Below, one piece after another: positions 1 through 9,127 of a DNA stretch of 56,856 nt. How positions within the stretch are numbered: the stretch's first letter is position 1; each line of letters begins with the position of its first letter. The notes beneath the pieces were generated by a model. It searched no databases, had not been told where the DNA came from, and was given only the letters and a program-made list of their open reading frames with translations. Source of the DNA: a virus (Duplodnaviria > Caudoviricetes); IMG/VR virus record IMGVR_UViG_3300029169_000003, positions 1-56,856 of that record. One strand, given 5' to 3'. The position numbers and the translations under genes were made by a program.

Positions 1-91
1 TTCCCAGTCACGATCGTGTTTCCCAGTCACGATCGTGTTTCCCAGTCACGATCGTGTTTCCCAGTCACGATCGTGTTTCCCAGTCACGATC
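1..91 (+). repeat. Concatemer of random-amplification primer (GT+GTTTCCCAGTCACGATC, 19-nt unit, 4 full copies plus 1 partial); library artefact
   Basis: Exact tandem copies with no spacers; GTTTCCCAGTCACGATC is the known Round A/B (SISPA) primer tag; its reverse complement ends the contig. Confidence 0.95.
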
Positions 92-1015
92 TATCAATAC
101 AAGTTGATCTTCATTCCAGTAGATGACGAAGCAATTGTTCTGTTTGAGATGCTTACTAAGGAGATAAAGAAAGTTGGGACATTCAAGATACCGAAGGTTA
201 GAGGTAAAGGAGGCATAGGTGTGATTGCCACTGCTGACTTTCACTTTGGTTCTGAGGTAAAGAAGATTCTCAAGACTCCTGACTTCTCCATGAATAAACT
301 GAAAGAGTATCTTCAGCTAATGGCTGTTGAAATAAATTCTCGAAAATACGACGAGGTACATCTGGCTCTTCTGGGAGACTTCATAGAATCCTTTACTGGA
401 TTAAACCACCCTAATACCTGGAAGGAATTAGGTAAGTGGGGAGTCTCGGCTGCAATAGGTGTCTATGAGTTACTTAGAGATAACCTGTTACTTAAAGTGA
501 AGAACCTGAAAAGGATTTACCTTGTGTCCGGAAATCACGACAGAATGTCAAGCAGTAATAAAGAAGACATGGTAGGTGAAGTAGCTTTGTGGCTGTCTTA
601 CATGTTCGAAAACACTCTTGACGTAGAGGTTAAATACAATCCGCTCCTGATTACTGAGGAGATTGATGGAATTGTTTACATCTTTACTCATGGTCATCAG
701 GGAGTTGCCAAGAATACTATTTTTGGATTACTGTTTGACCATGGAGTTCAAGGAAAGTATAATGTTCTGGTTATGGGTCACGACCATACTCGTAAGATGA
801 AGAGGGCAGTTGCCCGCAGAACAACTAAAGCGGTTGACTATTCCGTTGAGGCTGTTATTTACTTTGACTCAATTAATGCAAGGTCAGTAACTATACCTCC
901 TCTATTTACAGGGAATTTTTGGTCAACAGCGGCAGGATGGACTTCAGCAGTAGGTTTCGCAGAGTTCAAGAATAACGGACGAGGCAAACCGACCTATGTC
1001 GATCACTGCTTGTAA
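92..1015 (+). CDS. Calcineurin-like metallophosphoesterase, 5'-truncated (ORF-track N-terminus is translated primer)
   Basis: Motifs in canonical order: ADFHFG, LGDFIES, SGNHDR, FTHGHQ, MGHDHT. Confidence 0.8.
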   Translation, partial: YQYKLIFIPVDDEAIVLFEMLTKEIKKVGTFKIPKVRGKGGIGVIATADFHFGSEVKKILKTPDFSMNKLKEYLQLMAVEINSRKYDEVHLALLGDFIESFTGLNHPNTWKELGKWGVSAAIGVYELLRDNLLLKVKNLKRIYLVSGNHDRMSSSNKEDMVGEVALWLSYMFENTLDVEVKYNPLLITEEIDGIVYIFTHGHQGVAKNTIFGLLFDHGVQGKYNVLVMGHDHTRKMKRAVARRTTKAVDYSVEAVIYFDSINARSVTIPPLFTGNFWSTAAGWTSAVGFAEFKNNGRGKPTYVDHCL

Positions 1016-1042
1016 AATTGGAGATTATAATTTGTTAATATA

Positions 1043-1084
1043 AGGCATTCCCTTTTCTTCGTTTTTAGGGGATGCCTGTTTTTT
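1043..1084 (+). terminator. Probable intrinsic terminator
   Basis: AGGCATTCCCT...AGGGGATGCCT hairpin followed by a T-run, just after the 1015 stop. Confidence 0.65.
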
Positions 1085-1093
1085 ACTTAATCC

Positions 1094-1441
1094 ATGACAC
1101 CCGTATACCTATCATTTACTCGAGATTCAAGAACAAGGAAATTAGAATCCCTTTCATATCCGGAACGAATATTCCACCCTCACAAGAAGTTAGCCTCTAA
1201 GGTAGAAGAGAACGTGCCCTATATATCCACTCGTTATTTTAGAGTTAGAGATTCTGAAGTCTGGATAGCCAACAAATTGATCTTGGCTAAGGAACGCCCA
1301 CTAGCAGTAGCTGCGGTAGTGAAGATGGGCTTAATCCTCATATCCAGAAGTGACCTACCTATCAGGGAATTCTTCCTGAAAGACATTACCATAAACAATA
1401 TATTCAATTGGACCTGGAGGATATACGGAAGTTGTTGTTAG
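1094..1441 (+). CDS. Hypothetical protein, probably cut by a chimeric junction near 1400-1430
   Basis: ATG ORF with the composition of the 92-1015 segment; its C-terminus overlaps the switch in dinucleotide usage. Confidence 0.4.
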   Translation: MTPVYLSFTRDSRTRKLESLSYPERIFHPHKKLASKVEENVPYISTRYFRVRDSEVWIANKLILAKERPLAVAAVVKMGLILISRSDLPIREFFLKDITINNIFNWTWRIYGSCC

Positions 1442-1634
1442 TGATGATGGTGTGTTTGTCGATGAACCCGTTATATATGAAGGAGATGGAATGGTTAACG
1501 ATGGGATGTTGAGTGTATCCAAACCTTCGTTAGATTTATTAGGTCCCGTGTGTACAACATGTGGAGGGTTAACCCAACGAGCCGGAACGTGTTTTACCTG
1601 TACGTCGTGTGGTGATAGTACAGGATGTGGTTGA
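1395..1634 (+). CDS. C-terminal zinc-ribbon fragment resembling the class II (B12) ribonucleotide reductase NrdJ tail; 5' part absent
   Basis: CTTCG-GLTQRAGTCFTCTSCG-DSTGCG at the C-terminus matches the CxxCG...RxGxCxxCxxCGxSxGC end of NrdJ; frame open only from 1395, no RNR core upstream. Confidence 0.65.
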   Translation, partial: TIYSIGPGGYTEVVVSDDGVFVDEPVIYEGDGMVNDGMLSVSKPSLDLLGPVCTTCGGLTQRAGTCFTCTSCGDSTGCG

Positions 1635-1684
1635 AATGAAGTGGGGGACCTTCCCCTACAGTTCATGTAATAAAATTATCCATA

Positions 1685-1930
1685 ATGAAAACAAAAACAT
1701 ATTTACGGTTACAAATATTTAGTAACGGTCATGAAATATACGGTATCAAGTACGAAGAGGATTCCGTTAAAAAGTTCAATCCTGAGTTGTCTCGGACTTT
1801 TGGGGATAATAATTATAGTAGTATAACTTTAAAACGTGGTGGAGACCATGAAACGACTACTACGACCGTTATCGATGGGTATAATTTAACAGTCATTAAA
1901 ACAGTTGTAGAAACAAATGAAGACTTATAA
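1685..1930 (+). CDS. Hypothetical protein (tandem small-ORF family)
   Basis: ATG ORF overlapping the next gene; ends ...VIDGYNLTVI. Confidence 0.7.
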   Translation: MKTKTYLRLQIFSNGHEIYGIKYEEDSVKKFNPELSRTFGDNNYSSITLKRGGDHETTTTTVIDGYNLTVIKTVVETNEDL

Positions 1931-2141
1931 ATACAAATTAGTAGTAAGTGATAGGGATACAATTGTCCTTATTTACGACGACGTTCCGGTAATACATGAA
2001 AAAGAACTCCCAGAAATAACTTATAATGACGATTCAACGTGCGCCGTTGTAAAAACACATGAAATGGTTTACGGGACAACGAAGGTTGTTGAGATTTCTG
2101 GAAATGTTTTATATCACACTTTAATTGAGTATAAAAAATGA
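1917..2141 (+). CDS. Hypothetical protein (tandem small-ORF family)
   Basis: Coupled ORF; ends ...VEISGNVLYH. Confidence 0.7.
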   Translation: MKTYKYKLVVSDRDTIVLIYDDVPVIHEKELPEITYNDDSTCAVVKTHEMVYGTTKVVEISGNVLYHTLIEYKK

Positions 2142-2365
2142 CATATTTTAATATTACAGTATATGATAATTCGAGAATAATTTTTACAGAAGAATTCGAA
2201 GATTTGGATGATGATGATTATTCTATTGTTTTCCAAACGAAGAAATCGTTTTTTGGTGGCATCAAACAAATAGATTTAACTGGAGTTAACGTTGACGGAC
2301 CTTTTACTATAACGGTTGGTGGAAATAATTTAACTTATTTGGTTGATACGGATGAATCAAAATAA
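2138..2365 (+). CDS. Hypothetical protein (tandem small-ORF family)
   Basis: ATGA overlap with previous stop; ends ...ITVGGNNLTYL. Confidence 0.7.
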   Translation: MTYFNITVYDNSRIIFTEEFEDLDDDDYSIVFQTKKSFFGGIKQIDLTGVNVDGPFTITVGGNNLTYLVDTDESK

Positions 2366-2540
2366 ACCAAAACCGAAACCAGGAGAAGGAAAGGTTGTGG
2401 CCGGAGTGATATACGTTGACAACGGAATTAGTTGTAATTGTACGGGTGCCCAAAACTGTAACACATGTCGGGAGAATGTCGTTGGTGTGTGGTATGAACG
2501 AAAGAATAAGAAGATTTTTGAGAAACTAAATGATAAATAA
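2352..2540 (+). CDS. Small Cys-rich hypothetical protein
   Basis: CNC...CNTC cluster; coupled to its neighbours. Confidence 0.55.
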   Translation: MNQNKPKPKPGEGKVVAGVIYVDNGISCNCTGAQNCNTCRENVVGVWYERKNKKIFEKLNDK

Positions 2541-2871
2541 CCATGATGTCATAGTAAACGGGAGCGACAATCAAGAAGAAACGTACCATGGTATAAGTTT
2601 TTTATGTTTACAATATATAGAAAACGGCGAACAAAACGTAAACGTTATCGTCAAATATCATGAGAAATTTCTATGTCAATTAAAACAGGTATTAATACAA
2701 GATTTCTATGAATGGAGTATTGAGGAACATACAGATCGAGGTTATGTTCAAATACAACATGGAAAGATTTTTTTATTTAATTCGTTAAATTATGTTGACA
2801 ATGGTAATATAACTATTACCGACGTTGATGGGTTTGAAAATGTAAACGTAATTAAAATACCGATACTATGA
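2530..2871 (+). CDS. Hypothetical protein
   Basis: Coupled ORF in the operon. Confidence 0.65.
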   Translation: MINNHDVIVNGSDNQEETYHGISFLCLQYIENGEQNVNVIVKYHEKFLCQLKQVLIQDFYEWSIEEHTDRGYVQIQHGKIFLFNSLNYVDNGNITITDVDGFENVNVIKIPIL

Positions 2872-3377
2872 AGTTGTTGGGAATAAATTTACTTATCGTC
2901 GGAAATGATCGTAATATATTTGGGTTATATGTGAATGGATCGTTACACACTGTATGTAATGGTCAAACACATAAACATAAAATCTTAAGTAAAGTACTTA
3001 CTAAAAATCCGGTATATATACCGAACTTCGATTATGTTTATATTAAAGATTTGTATCAGTTCCCAAACAAGCAAAATGATTTAATTAGTATTTATAAACA
3101 AGTACCAATATATCTTCCACCAGACATCGGGTTAGATATGAAAGAACGACCACATGTACGGTGGTTTGTTTGGTTTAACAGTTCTGGGAAGGTTGTAGTT
3201 GTAGGTGATAGAAATAATTATGATAATACACCTTTTGATGAAGTTGAAGAAAAAATAAAAGAAGTAGGTTTAGTAAACGGTGGTGTTCGTTGTACAATGT
3301 ATAACGAAAACAAATACCCAAACATCTCTTCTCTCCATGGTAAGCTGAAATTTGAGGAAACTTATGTGGTGTTATAA
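2868..3377 (+). CDS. Hypothetical protein (169 aa, no alanine)
   Basis: ATGA overlap upstream, TAATG overlap downstream. Confidence 0.7.
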   Translation: MKLLGINLLIVGNDRNIFGLYVNGSLHTVCNGQTHKHKILSKVLTKNPVYIPNFDYVYIKDLYQFPNKQNDLISIYKQVPIYLPPDIGLDMKERPHVRWFVWFNSSGKVVVVGDRNNYDNTPFDEVEEKIKEVGLVNGGVRCTMYNENKYPNISSLHGKLKFEETYVVL

Positions 3378-3898
3378 TGAAATATGTGTTGGGATTAGAT
3401 CCAGGGACGAGAGCGATGGGGATTTCGTTAGTCAAACAAACTGGGAAGGGAAAGAAAAGTAAGATAGAATTGATGGGTGTTACCACGGTTAAACGTGTGG
3501 ACCATACGGAGGAAGGAGTTAACGTTGGAATGAAAGAAGTCGACAGTTTTTTGCGAACACACAAAGTCAAGTGGGGAGACGTTGAGATGATTATAGAATG
3601 TCCAGCACCACGTTGGTATGGTCGTAACAATTCGGTTGCACTCATCAAAATATTCTGGCAAGTTTTATATATTTGTAAATACTTCCAACGTAAAGTAGGG
3701 AACATAGTGTTGATTGATTCATTTGATTGGAATAGGAAAAGAATGCCGGGAGATAATGGAACGTTTTATTATAGTCAGTATGGTGATAAAGAAAAGAAGG
3801 AACGTTTCTTAAAACTGTTTCCGGGTATTAGTAAGGGAAACACGGACACACGGGATGCAACATTAATGTGTATTAAACATATCGAAGGGTACGAATAA
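3377..3898 (+). CDS. RuvC-like Holliday junction resolvase (RNase H fold)
   Basis: VLGLDPGT (first Asp), MIIECP (Glu), C-terminal DTRDA acidic pair. Confidence 0.8.
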   Translation: MKYVLGLDPGTRAMGISLVKQTGKGKKSKIELMGVTTVKRVDHTEEGVNVGMKEVDSFLRTHKVKWGDVEMIIECPAPRWYGRNNSVALIKIFWQVLYICKYFQRKVGNIVLIDSFDWNRKRMPGDNGTFYYSQYGDKEKKERFLKLFPGISKGNTDTRDATLMCIKHIEGYE

Positions 3899-4392
3899 TG
3901 GATAGACGAAGTTTTATATGGAAGACGGCGCAATCAACGGTAATTTTAGGAGTTGCCCCGTTCGTAGGACGGTTGGTAGACAGTACTGTTGAACTAACAC
4001 CCATCGAAATGTTTGTGAAGGGTTTGAAAGAACATGGTGAAGATTATTTAGTATTTGATCCGGATGAAAACGATTTGTTAACGGGTAAGATAGTAATGGT
4101 TGATCTGGGGTTGTTGGAAGAAACTCCTGTCTTGCGAACTCGTTTTGAATTTGTAGGGCCAGATCGAGTTATGTTTTGTAGGAATTCTGACACGTATAAG
4201 ATTGACGTTATAGGTAAATCCAATATAGATGGTATACGTATGGACGACGGGATGATTGCATTGAAAAAAATCAAACTAGATATCATGGATTACTACTTAC
4301 CAGAACGTCGAGATAATGATTACGACGTACCGGAGGGTGCACCATTATATCCGTCAACGTGGGACGATAAACTTAAACGAACAGTTTTGTAA
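3898..4392 (+). CDS. Hypothetical protein with twin-arginine-like N-terminus
   Basis: MDRRSFIWKTAQSTVILGVAP fits the RRxF-phi Tat motif plus a short hydrophobic stretch. Confidence 0.6.
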   Translation: MDRRSFIWKTAQSTVILGVAPFVGRLVDSTVELTPIEMFVKGLKEHGEDYLVFDPDENDLLTGKIVMVDLGLLEETPVLRTRFEFVGPDRVMFCRNSDTYKIDVIGKSNIDGIRMDDGMIALKKIKLDIMDYYLPERRDNDYDVPEGAPLYPSTWDDKLKRTVL

Positions 4393-4441
4393 GTGTAAAA
4401 AAGTTACTTGTAATAATAAATAAAAAAAAGAGATATAAAAG

Positions 4442-4849
4442 ATGGTTAACAAAGTTATTTTAGTTGGACGGTTGGGACAGGATCCAGAGTTGCGTTATAC
4501 TGGTGATGGTACCGCAGTCTGTAATTTTAGTATCGCAACCTCTTCCAAGTACAAAGATAGTAATGGAGAGTGGGTAGAGAACACAGAATGGAACAAGACT
4601 GTTGCTTGGAGCAAGTTGGCAGAAATCTGTGGAGAGTATTTGAAGAAAGGTTCACTCGTTTACGTTGAGGGAAGTCTTCAGACTCGAAAGTACGATGACA
4701 AAGATGGAGTAACGCGATACTCCACTGAAATCAAGATTAAAGAAATGAAAATGTTGGGTAGTAGAGATGGTAGTGATGGTAGTACTACACCAAAACCAAC
4801 ACAAACGAAGTCGGATGATTTCGGCCCCGACGATGATCTGCCATTCTAA
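4442..4849 (+). CDS. ssb: Single-stranded DNA-binding protein, bacterial type
   Basis: [40 protein letters not shown]-terminal DDDLPF. Confidence 0.97.
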   Translation: MVNKVILVGRLGQDPELRYTGDGTAVCNFSIATSSKYKDSNGEWVENTEWNKTVAWSKLAEICGEYLKKGSLVYVEGSLQTRKYDDKDGVTRYSTEIKIKEMKMLGSRDGSDGSTTPKPTQTKSDDFGPDDDLPF

Positions 4850-4870
4850 AACATGATAGTATATTGTTAT

Positions 4871-4907
4871 AATCCCGGTGGTAATAAACAACCACCGGGA
4901 TTTGTTG
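4871..4907 (+). terminator. Hairpin terminator after ssb
   Basis: 12-bp perfect stem AATCCCGGTGGT / ACCACCGGGATT followed by T-rich sequence. Confidence 0.7.
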
Positions 4908-4949
4908 TATAAAATTTGTTTTATAAAATTTGATTTTGTATATTGCGAT

Positions 4950-5246
4950 ATGAATGAAAACAAAATAAAAGTATTAACGACGTTGTTAAAACGTATTATT
5001 GTCCAATACAAAGATCTAAGTAGTATTGCGGATCCGTTGTATGACCTGGATTACGACGGGTGTGTCGTAGAAACTAAAAAAGTTTTGGATGAAAGTTGGG
5101 TTGACGACAACGAAAAGATCGTTTATGGTTGTGTAAAGTTGGTGAAGTTTCTACAAAAACAACAAAATAATATTGATTTAATAACACCCGACAACATTGA
5201 TAATAAGTTTTGGGACTTATTAAACGACATTCCGGAGATAAAATGA
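4950..5246 (+). CDS. Hypothetical protein
   Basis: ATG at 4950; stop overlaps the next start (ATGA). Confidence 0.65.
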   Translation: MNENKIKVLTTLLKRIIVQYKDLSSIADPLYDLDYDGCVVETKKVLDESWVDDNEKIVYGCVKLVKFLQKQQNNIDLITPDNIDNKFWDLLNDIPEIK

Positions 5247-5839
5247 AAATCATAGGAGTTACTGGTAAAAAATTCGCAGGGAAAGACACCATTTGTGATT
5301 ACTTAGAAATTTTATTAAAACGAAAAGGCGTTGAAGTAATTAGAGAAAGTTTCGCCAACGGTTTCAAACCTCACATCCAAAACATGTTTGGATTTACGGA
5401 CCAACAAATGACCGATCCGTTGTTAAAGGAAACAGTGGATGAACGTTGGGGTTTATCTCCTCGTTACATATTACAAACTTTTGGTACAGAGTATGGACGA
5501 ACGTTTCTAAAACCCGATGTTTGGATTAAATCACTACAACTCCGATTAAATGATGGTATCAACAATCTATACAATCCGAGAAATGTTTGGGTGTTGATAT
5601 CGGATTTACGGTTTGACAATGAAGGGGAATATATTGTCGAACGAAGTGGTAATATAATCGAAGTAAAAAGAAATACAGATTATAATGGATACAATAACCA
5701 TCAAAGTGAAAACGGGATTAGTGATAAGTATTCTAGGAACGTAATTAATAATACGGGAACGATAGAAAAATTAAAACAACAAATAGATAACGTGTTTGAA
5801 GAAATTTACATTGAATGGGAGGAAAGAAATGATTATTAA
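5243..5839 (+). CDS. Deoxynucleoside monophosphate kinase (T4 gp1/T5 dNMP kinase type)
   Basis: IIGVTGKKFAGKDT P-loop, SFA, SPRYILQTFGTEYGR, ISDLRFDNE, HQSE. Confidence 0.9.
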   Translation: MKIIGVTGKKFAGKDTICDYLEILLKRKGVEVIRESFANGFKPHIQNMFGFTDQQMTDPLLKETVDERWGLSPRYILQTFGTEYGRTFLKPDVWIKSLQLRLNDGINNLYNPRNVWVLISDLRFDNEGEYIVERSGNIIEVKRNTDYNGYNNHQSENGISDKYSRNVINNTGTIEKLKQQIDNVFEEIYIEWEERNDY

Positions 5840-7748
5840 AACTTTAAAATTATTAATATTGGTTTTGGTAATATTATTTACGTTGGGAAGTAATGTATAT
5901 TCTCAAACAATAACGTTACCGGATAGTGTATTAACACAACAAACTGGTATGGAGTTTAGTATCGATACGGAGTTTAAACAAATAAACTCGACATATTTTG
6001 AATATGTGTATAACCCCACAATTATTCGTATTGATGATATAATACCAACACAGAAGTCATGGAAAGTAGTGTTTGAAGATAATGTGGGTGTAGTGAAAAT
6101 TGCGGCGTTGTCGGATAGTGTAATCGCCCACAACGGTCCATTGTTTGAAATGACTGTAACACCATTACGTGTTGGGAATACCGAATTGAAGTTGGTTGAT
6201 GTTAGTTGGGTTGATTGTCGAGATTTAGTAACGGTAATACCTATTCCGAAACCAGAAGGATATGAAACATTTGTAGAAACTTTTAATGGGGATTTGTATT
6301 GGATTGATCCGGTTTATGGTGTCGATAACAACACTTGTCGTGAATTTGATACACCTTGTTTGACGGACGCACCATTCCAAGATAAACTCCAACCAGGAGA
6401 TGGTGTAATATTGCGTGGCGGTATTCATCGTTTCACTTTAAATCCCGTTGTCTCTGGTTTACCTGATAATTATATAACATACACAAAGTTTCCGGGAGAA
6501 GACGTTGTTATAACCGGGACTGATATATGGGGGGACGATTGGAGCGAAGTAGGGAATAATGTTTGGGTGACGCCATACAATGTTTCCCTACCTCAACATC
6601 CGGCGATAGCTAAACCGCAGAAACAGTGGAGACCCGAAATTGTTGTGGTCGACAACCAAGTTTTAACAACTGTTTATGATGTCAATAACATTAAACCGTA
6701 CTCGTTTTATGTGGAGGGACCATCAACGAATCCTACATATTTATACATAAACTTGGACGGGATCGATCCAAACAATGTTAACGTTGAAGTGGGGAAACGT
6801 CCACACGTATTACTTAGTAATATCGATTACATACATGTAAATAAACTGGTGTTCCAACATGGTGCAAACTCGTTCGGGAAAACAGGATGTGTGGATATAA
6901 GTGGAGACGGTTGGTTGGTTACTTATTCATTAATCGTCGAGTGTAACACCACGGGAATTAAATATACCGGTGATGGTCATGAGTTTGTTGGAGTATCTTC
7001 AAACTATAATGGAACTGTGGGGTGGAATAGTGAAAATTCCACAAACGTTAAGATAATCAACAGTAGTGCAATAGGCAACAACACTAAAGGTTTTCTCCCA
7101 AACTGGCACGCGGGGGGGATGAAAATAACACACGGAACAGACTACACGTTGATATCGAATTTTGAGTCGAAAGACAACAATGGTCCCGGTATATGGTTCG
7201 ACATCCCAACAGGTATTGGAAATGTTATAGAAAATTCATTTATATCGAATAACCAATTATCGGGAATATTTTTGGAACACGGTACGATAAACAGTATTGT
7301 TAGGGATAATGTTGTGTATGGTACGAGGAAGTACAACGGAACTGGTAGTGGGATAAGGTTACAGGCAGCCTCCTCGAACTTGTTGGAAAACAATACAGTG
7401 TATGGCAATAAAGGGTATGGGGTTTTTGAAAAATTTAAAGACAAACGATCTCAACCAGGATATAATGTATTTGTTCGGAACTTTGTGGGACACAATGTCG
7501 ACGGTCAGGTACGAATTGATCGAGACCCCAACGAAACGATAGTTGACTTTTTCCAAAATAATGTGTATGTTGTTGGTGGTAATACGTTTAAAATTGAAAA
7601 CGATTATCAGGGAAATAGTATAACTTCATGGTTATCGCGACAACTACACTCGTATCCTTACGACGAACTGGTTACGGATGGGGTCGAAGACCCGACATCT
7701 GAAGATGGATGGAGAGGATTAATGGATAATGTTGGGGTTAGAAAATGA
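5829..7748 (+). CDS. Secreted protein: Sec signal, cohesin-like domain, right-handed parallel beta-helix (pectin-lyase-like, polysaccharide-acting candidate)
   Basis: Signal ending NVYS-Q; YVYNPTIIRI...VKIAALSDSVIAHNGPLFEMTVTPLRVGNTEL; LQPGDGVILRGG; AGGMK, NNGPGIWFD and GIFLE beta-helix coils. Confidence 0.8.
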   Translation: MIIKTLKLLILVLVILFTLGSNVYSQTITLPDSVLTQQTGMEFSIDTEFKQINSTYFEYVYNPTIIRIDDIIPTQKSWKVVFEDNVGVVKIAALSDSVIAHNGPLFEMTVTPLRVGNTELKLVDVSWVDCRDLVTVIPIPKPEGYETFVETFNGDLYWIDPVYGVDNNTCREFDTPCLTDAPFQDKLQPGDGVILRGGIHRFTLNPVVSGLPDNYITYTKFPGEDVVITGTDIWGDDWSEVGNNVWVTPYNVSLPQHPAIAKPQKQWRPEIVVVDNQVLTTVYDVNNIKPYSFYVEGPSTNPTYLYINLDGIDPNNVNVEVGKRPHVLLSNIDYIHVNKLVFQHGANSFGKTGCVDISGDGWLVTYSLIVECNTTGIKYTGDGHEFVGVSSNYNGTVGWNSENSTNVKIINSSAIGNNTKGFLPNWHAGGMKITHGTDYTLISNFESKDNNGPGIWFDIPTGIGNVIENSFISNNQLSGIFLEHGTINSIVRDNVVYGTRKYNGTGSGIRLQAASSNLLENNTVYGNKGYGVFEKFKDKRSQPGYNVFVRNFVGHNVDGQVRIDRDPNETIVDFFQNNVYVVGGNTFKIENDYQGNSITSWLSRQLHSYPYDELVTDGVEDPTSEDGWRGLMDNVGVRK

Positions 7749-7803
7749 GTGTAGTTATAATTAACTGAAGTCGATAAAAAAAAATACGTAAAGGAGGTAA
7801 ATA

Positions 7804-7956
7804 ATGAATATTGATTTTGGCGTTTTGGAGGGGGAAATATTAACACGGGTTGATAACGGTGTTGTTGAAACCAACAAACATATTGTATCCCTCCGTTGGT
7901 ACGGAACCTCTAACGGGTATTATAGTGAAAAAGTTGATTTTATGGAAATACTGTAA
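7804..7956 (+). CDS. 50-aa ORF missed by the track; resembles a shortened member of a common phage family ending IRWYGxSNGYYSExV
   Basis: AAGGAGGT RBS; MNIDFGVLEGEILTRVDNGVVETNKHIVSLRWYGTSNGYYSEKVDFMEIL; stop abuts the next ATG. Confidence 0.6.
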   Translation: MNIDFGVLEGEILTRVDNGVVETNKHIVSLRWYGTSNGYYSEKVDFMEIL

Positions 7957-8166
7957 ATGGAGCACGAATACGATTTACCCCAAACTATCGACTTAGGTGG
8001 ATTTAGATATAACTGTTTATCAATCAAACCGTGGGGAAACGACTGGTCCTTCTTGTTGGTATTTAAAACACCGATTAGGTTTATATACGATAATAAAAAA
8101 ATCAAGAATAATAAACATTTAAAGGAACTTGTTAACCAATATAAAGAAATGTATGACAACCATTAA
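7957..8166 (+). CDS. Hypothetical protein
   Basis: ATG directly after the previous stop. Confidence 0.55.
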   Translation: MEHEYDLPQTIDLGGFRYNCLSIKPWGNDWSFLLVFKTPIRFIYDNKKIKNNKHLKELVNQYKEMYDNH

Positions 8167-8249
8167 AGTCCCAACGTTGAGCGTTAAAGCGAAAGACCTT
8201 TCAACACATTCCAAAATATTGTTAGAGCACGATTCATGTTTGACATATA

Positions 8250-8603
8250 GTGGAGAACATGGAGCATACTGGGGAGAAGATCATCAAGGTTATACCGAAT
8301 AAAAACTTTTTGTTAAAAATAACAATCGACAAAGGAAAAGACATTCCTTCCGAATATTTACCAGAAGTTGAACACCAAGACTTACTAACATGTATGTTGT
8401 TGGGTTATATGGAATTGTTGAATTACTTGTACCCACCAGTCATCAAGTTTGAAACGGCAGGAGACGTTAAAACATATTTAGAAATCGTTATTGAAGGCAT
8501 GAATGACGAGTTAGATAAAGAAGGTTATAATAATTCTTACGTTGACGGATACACCCAGTGTTTACAAGAATTAACAGAAGTCCTAAAAAATGTGGAAATT
8601 TAA
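8250..8603 (+). CDS. Hypothetical protein (start uncertain)
   Basis: Open frame overlapping the next gene. Confidence 0.5.
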   Translation: MENMEHTGEKIIKVIPNKNFLLKITIDKGKDIPSEYLPEVEHQDLLTCMLLGYMELLNYLYPPVIKFETAGDVKTYLEIVIEGMNDELDKEGYNNSYVDGYTQCLQELTEVLKNVEI

Positions 8604-8934
8604 ACAATTTGTAAAACGGTTATTCCAACTACGAACGTACCGTTTCATCTGGGAGATATTAACTGTTGGATGGACAACAAGTGAAACTTGGAGTTTAGAT
8701 TGCACCCATGCGGAATTCATTCTACCACGGTTGAAAGAATTAAAAAACCAAATGAATGAACGTGTAGTTCCGTCAACTTTAACAAATGAAGAATGGATGG
8801 AATTGCTTAATACCATGATATATAGTTTTGAGTATGCATCCAACCAGTTCAACATTGAAGGTGGTGTCAATCACGATAAGGTTAAACTTGGGTTGGAGAA
8901 TTTCAGTAAATATTATTTTGCGTTATGGTGGTGA
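8590..8934 (+). CDS. Conserved phage hypothetical protein
   Basis: ETWSLD...FILPRLKEL...EEWMELLNTMIYSFE...GLENFSKYYFALWW pattern typical of a widespread phage family. Confidence 0.7.
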   Translation: MWKFKQFVKRLFQLRTYRFIWEILTVGWTTSETWSLDCTHAEFILPRLKELKNQMNERVVPSTLTNEEWMELLNTMIYSFEYASNQFNIEGGVNHDKVKLGLENFSKYYFALWW

Positions 8935-8938
8935 TAAC

Positions 8939-9127
8939 ATGAAGAAAAGATATGTAGAAATACGGAGAGGGGGTGGAGGAAAATTAATGACCGATGATAT
9001 TGGTTTATTGGTTGATGAAGTTACGGAGATGTTTATGGTAGATGAAGTTGGTGAAACGGTTACATTAACCATTGTTGAAATATCCGAAGAAGAATATAAG
9101 AACTTACCAGAATTCGAGGGATGGTAA
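8939..9127 (+). CDS. Hypothetical protein
   Basis: GGTG RBS; ends EEEYKNLPEFEGW. Confidence 0.65.
   Translation: MKKRYVEIRRGGGGKLMTDDIGLLVDEVTEMFMVDEVGETVTLTIVEISEEEYKNLPEFEGW

Noticed and set aside
1-91. CRISPR array, iterons or terminal repeat
   Set aside because: No spacers; exact match to a random-amplification primer, mirrored at the other end
8153-8302. 49-aa ORF (…SGEHGAYWGEDHQGYTE) possibly frameshifted into 8250-8603
   Set aside because: Cannot distinguish two small genes, a frameshift or an assembly error; no slippery site could be argued convincingly
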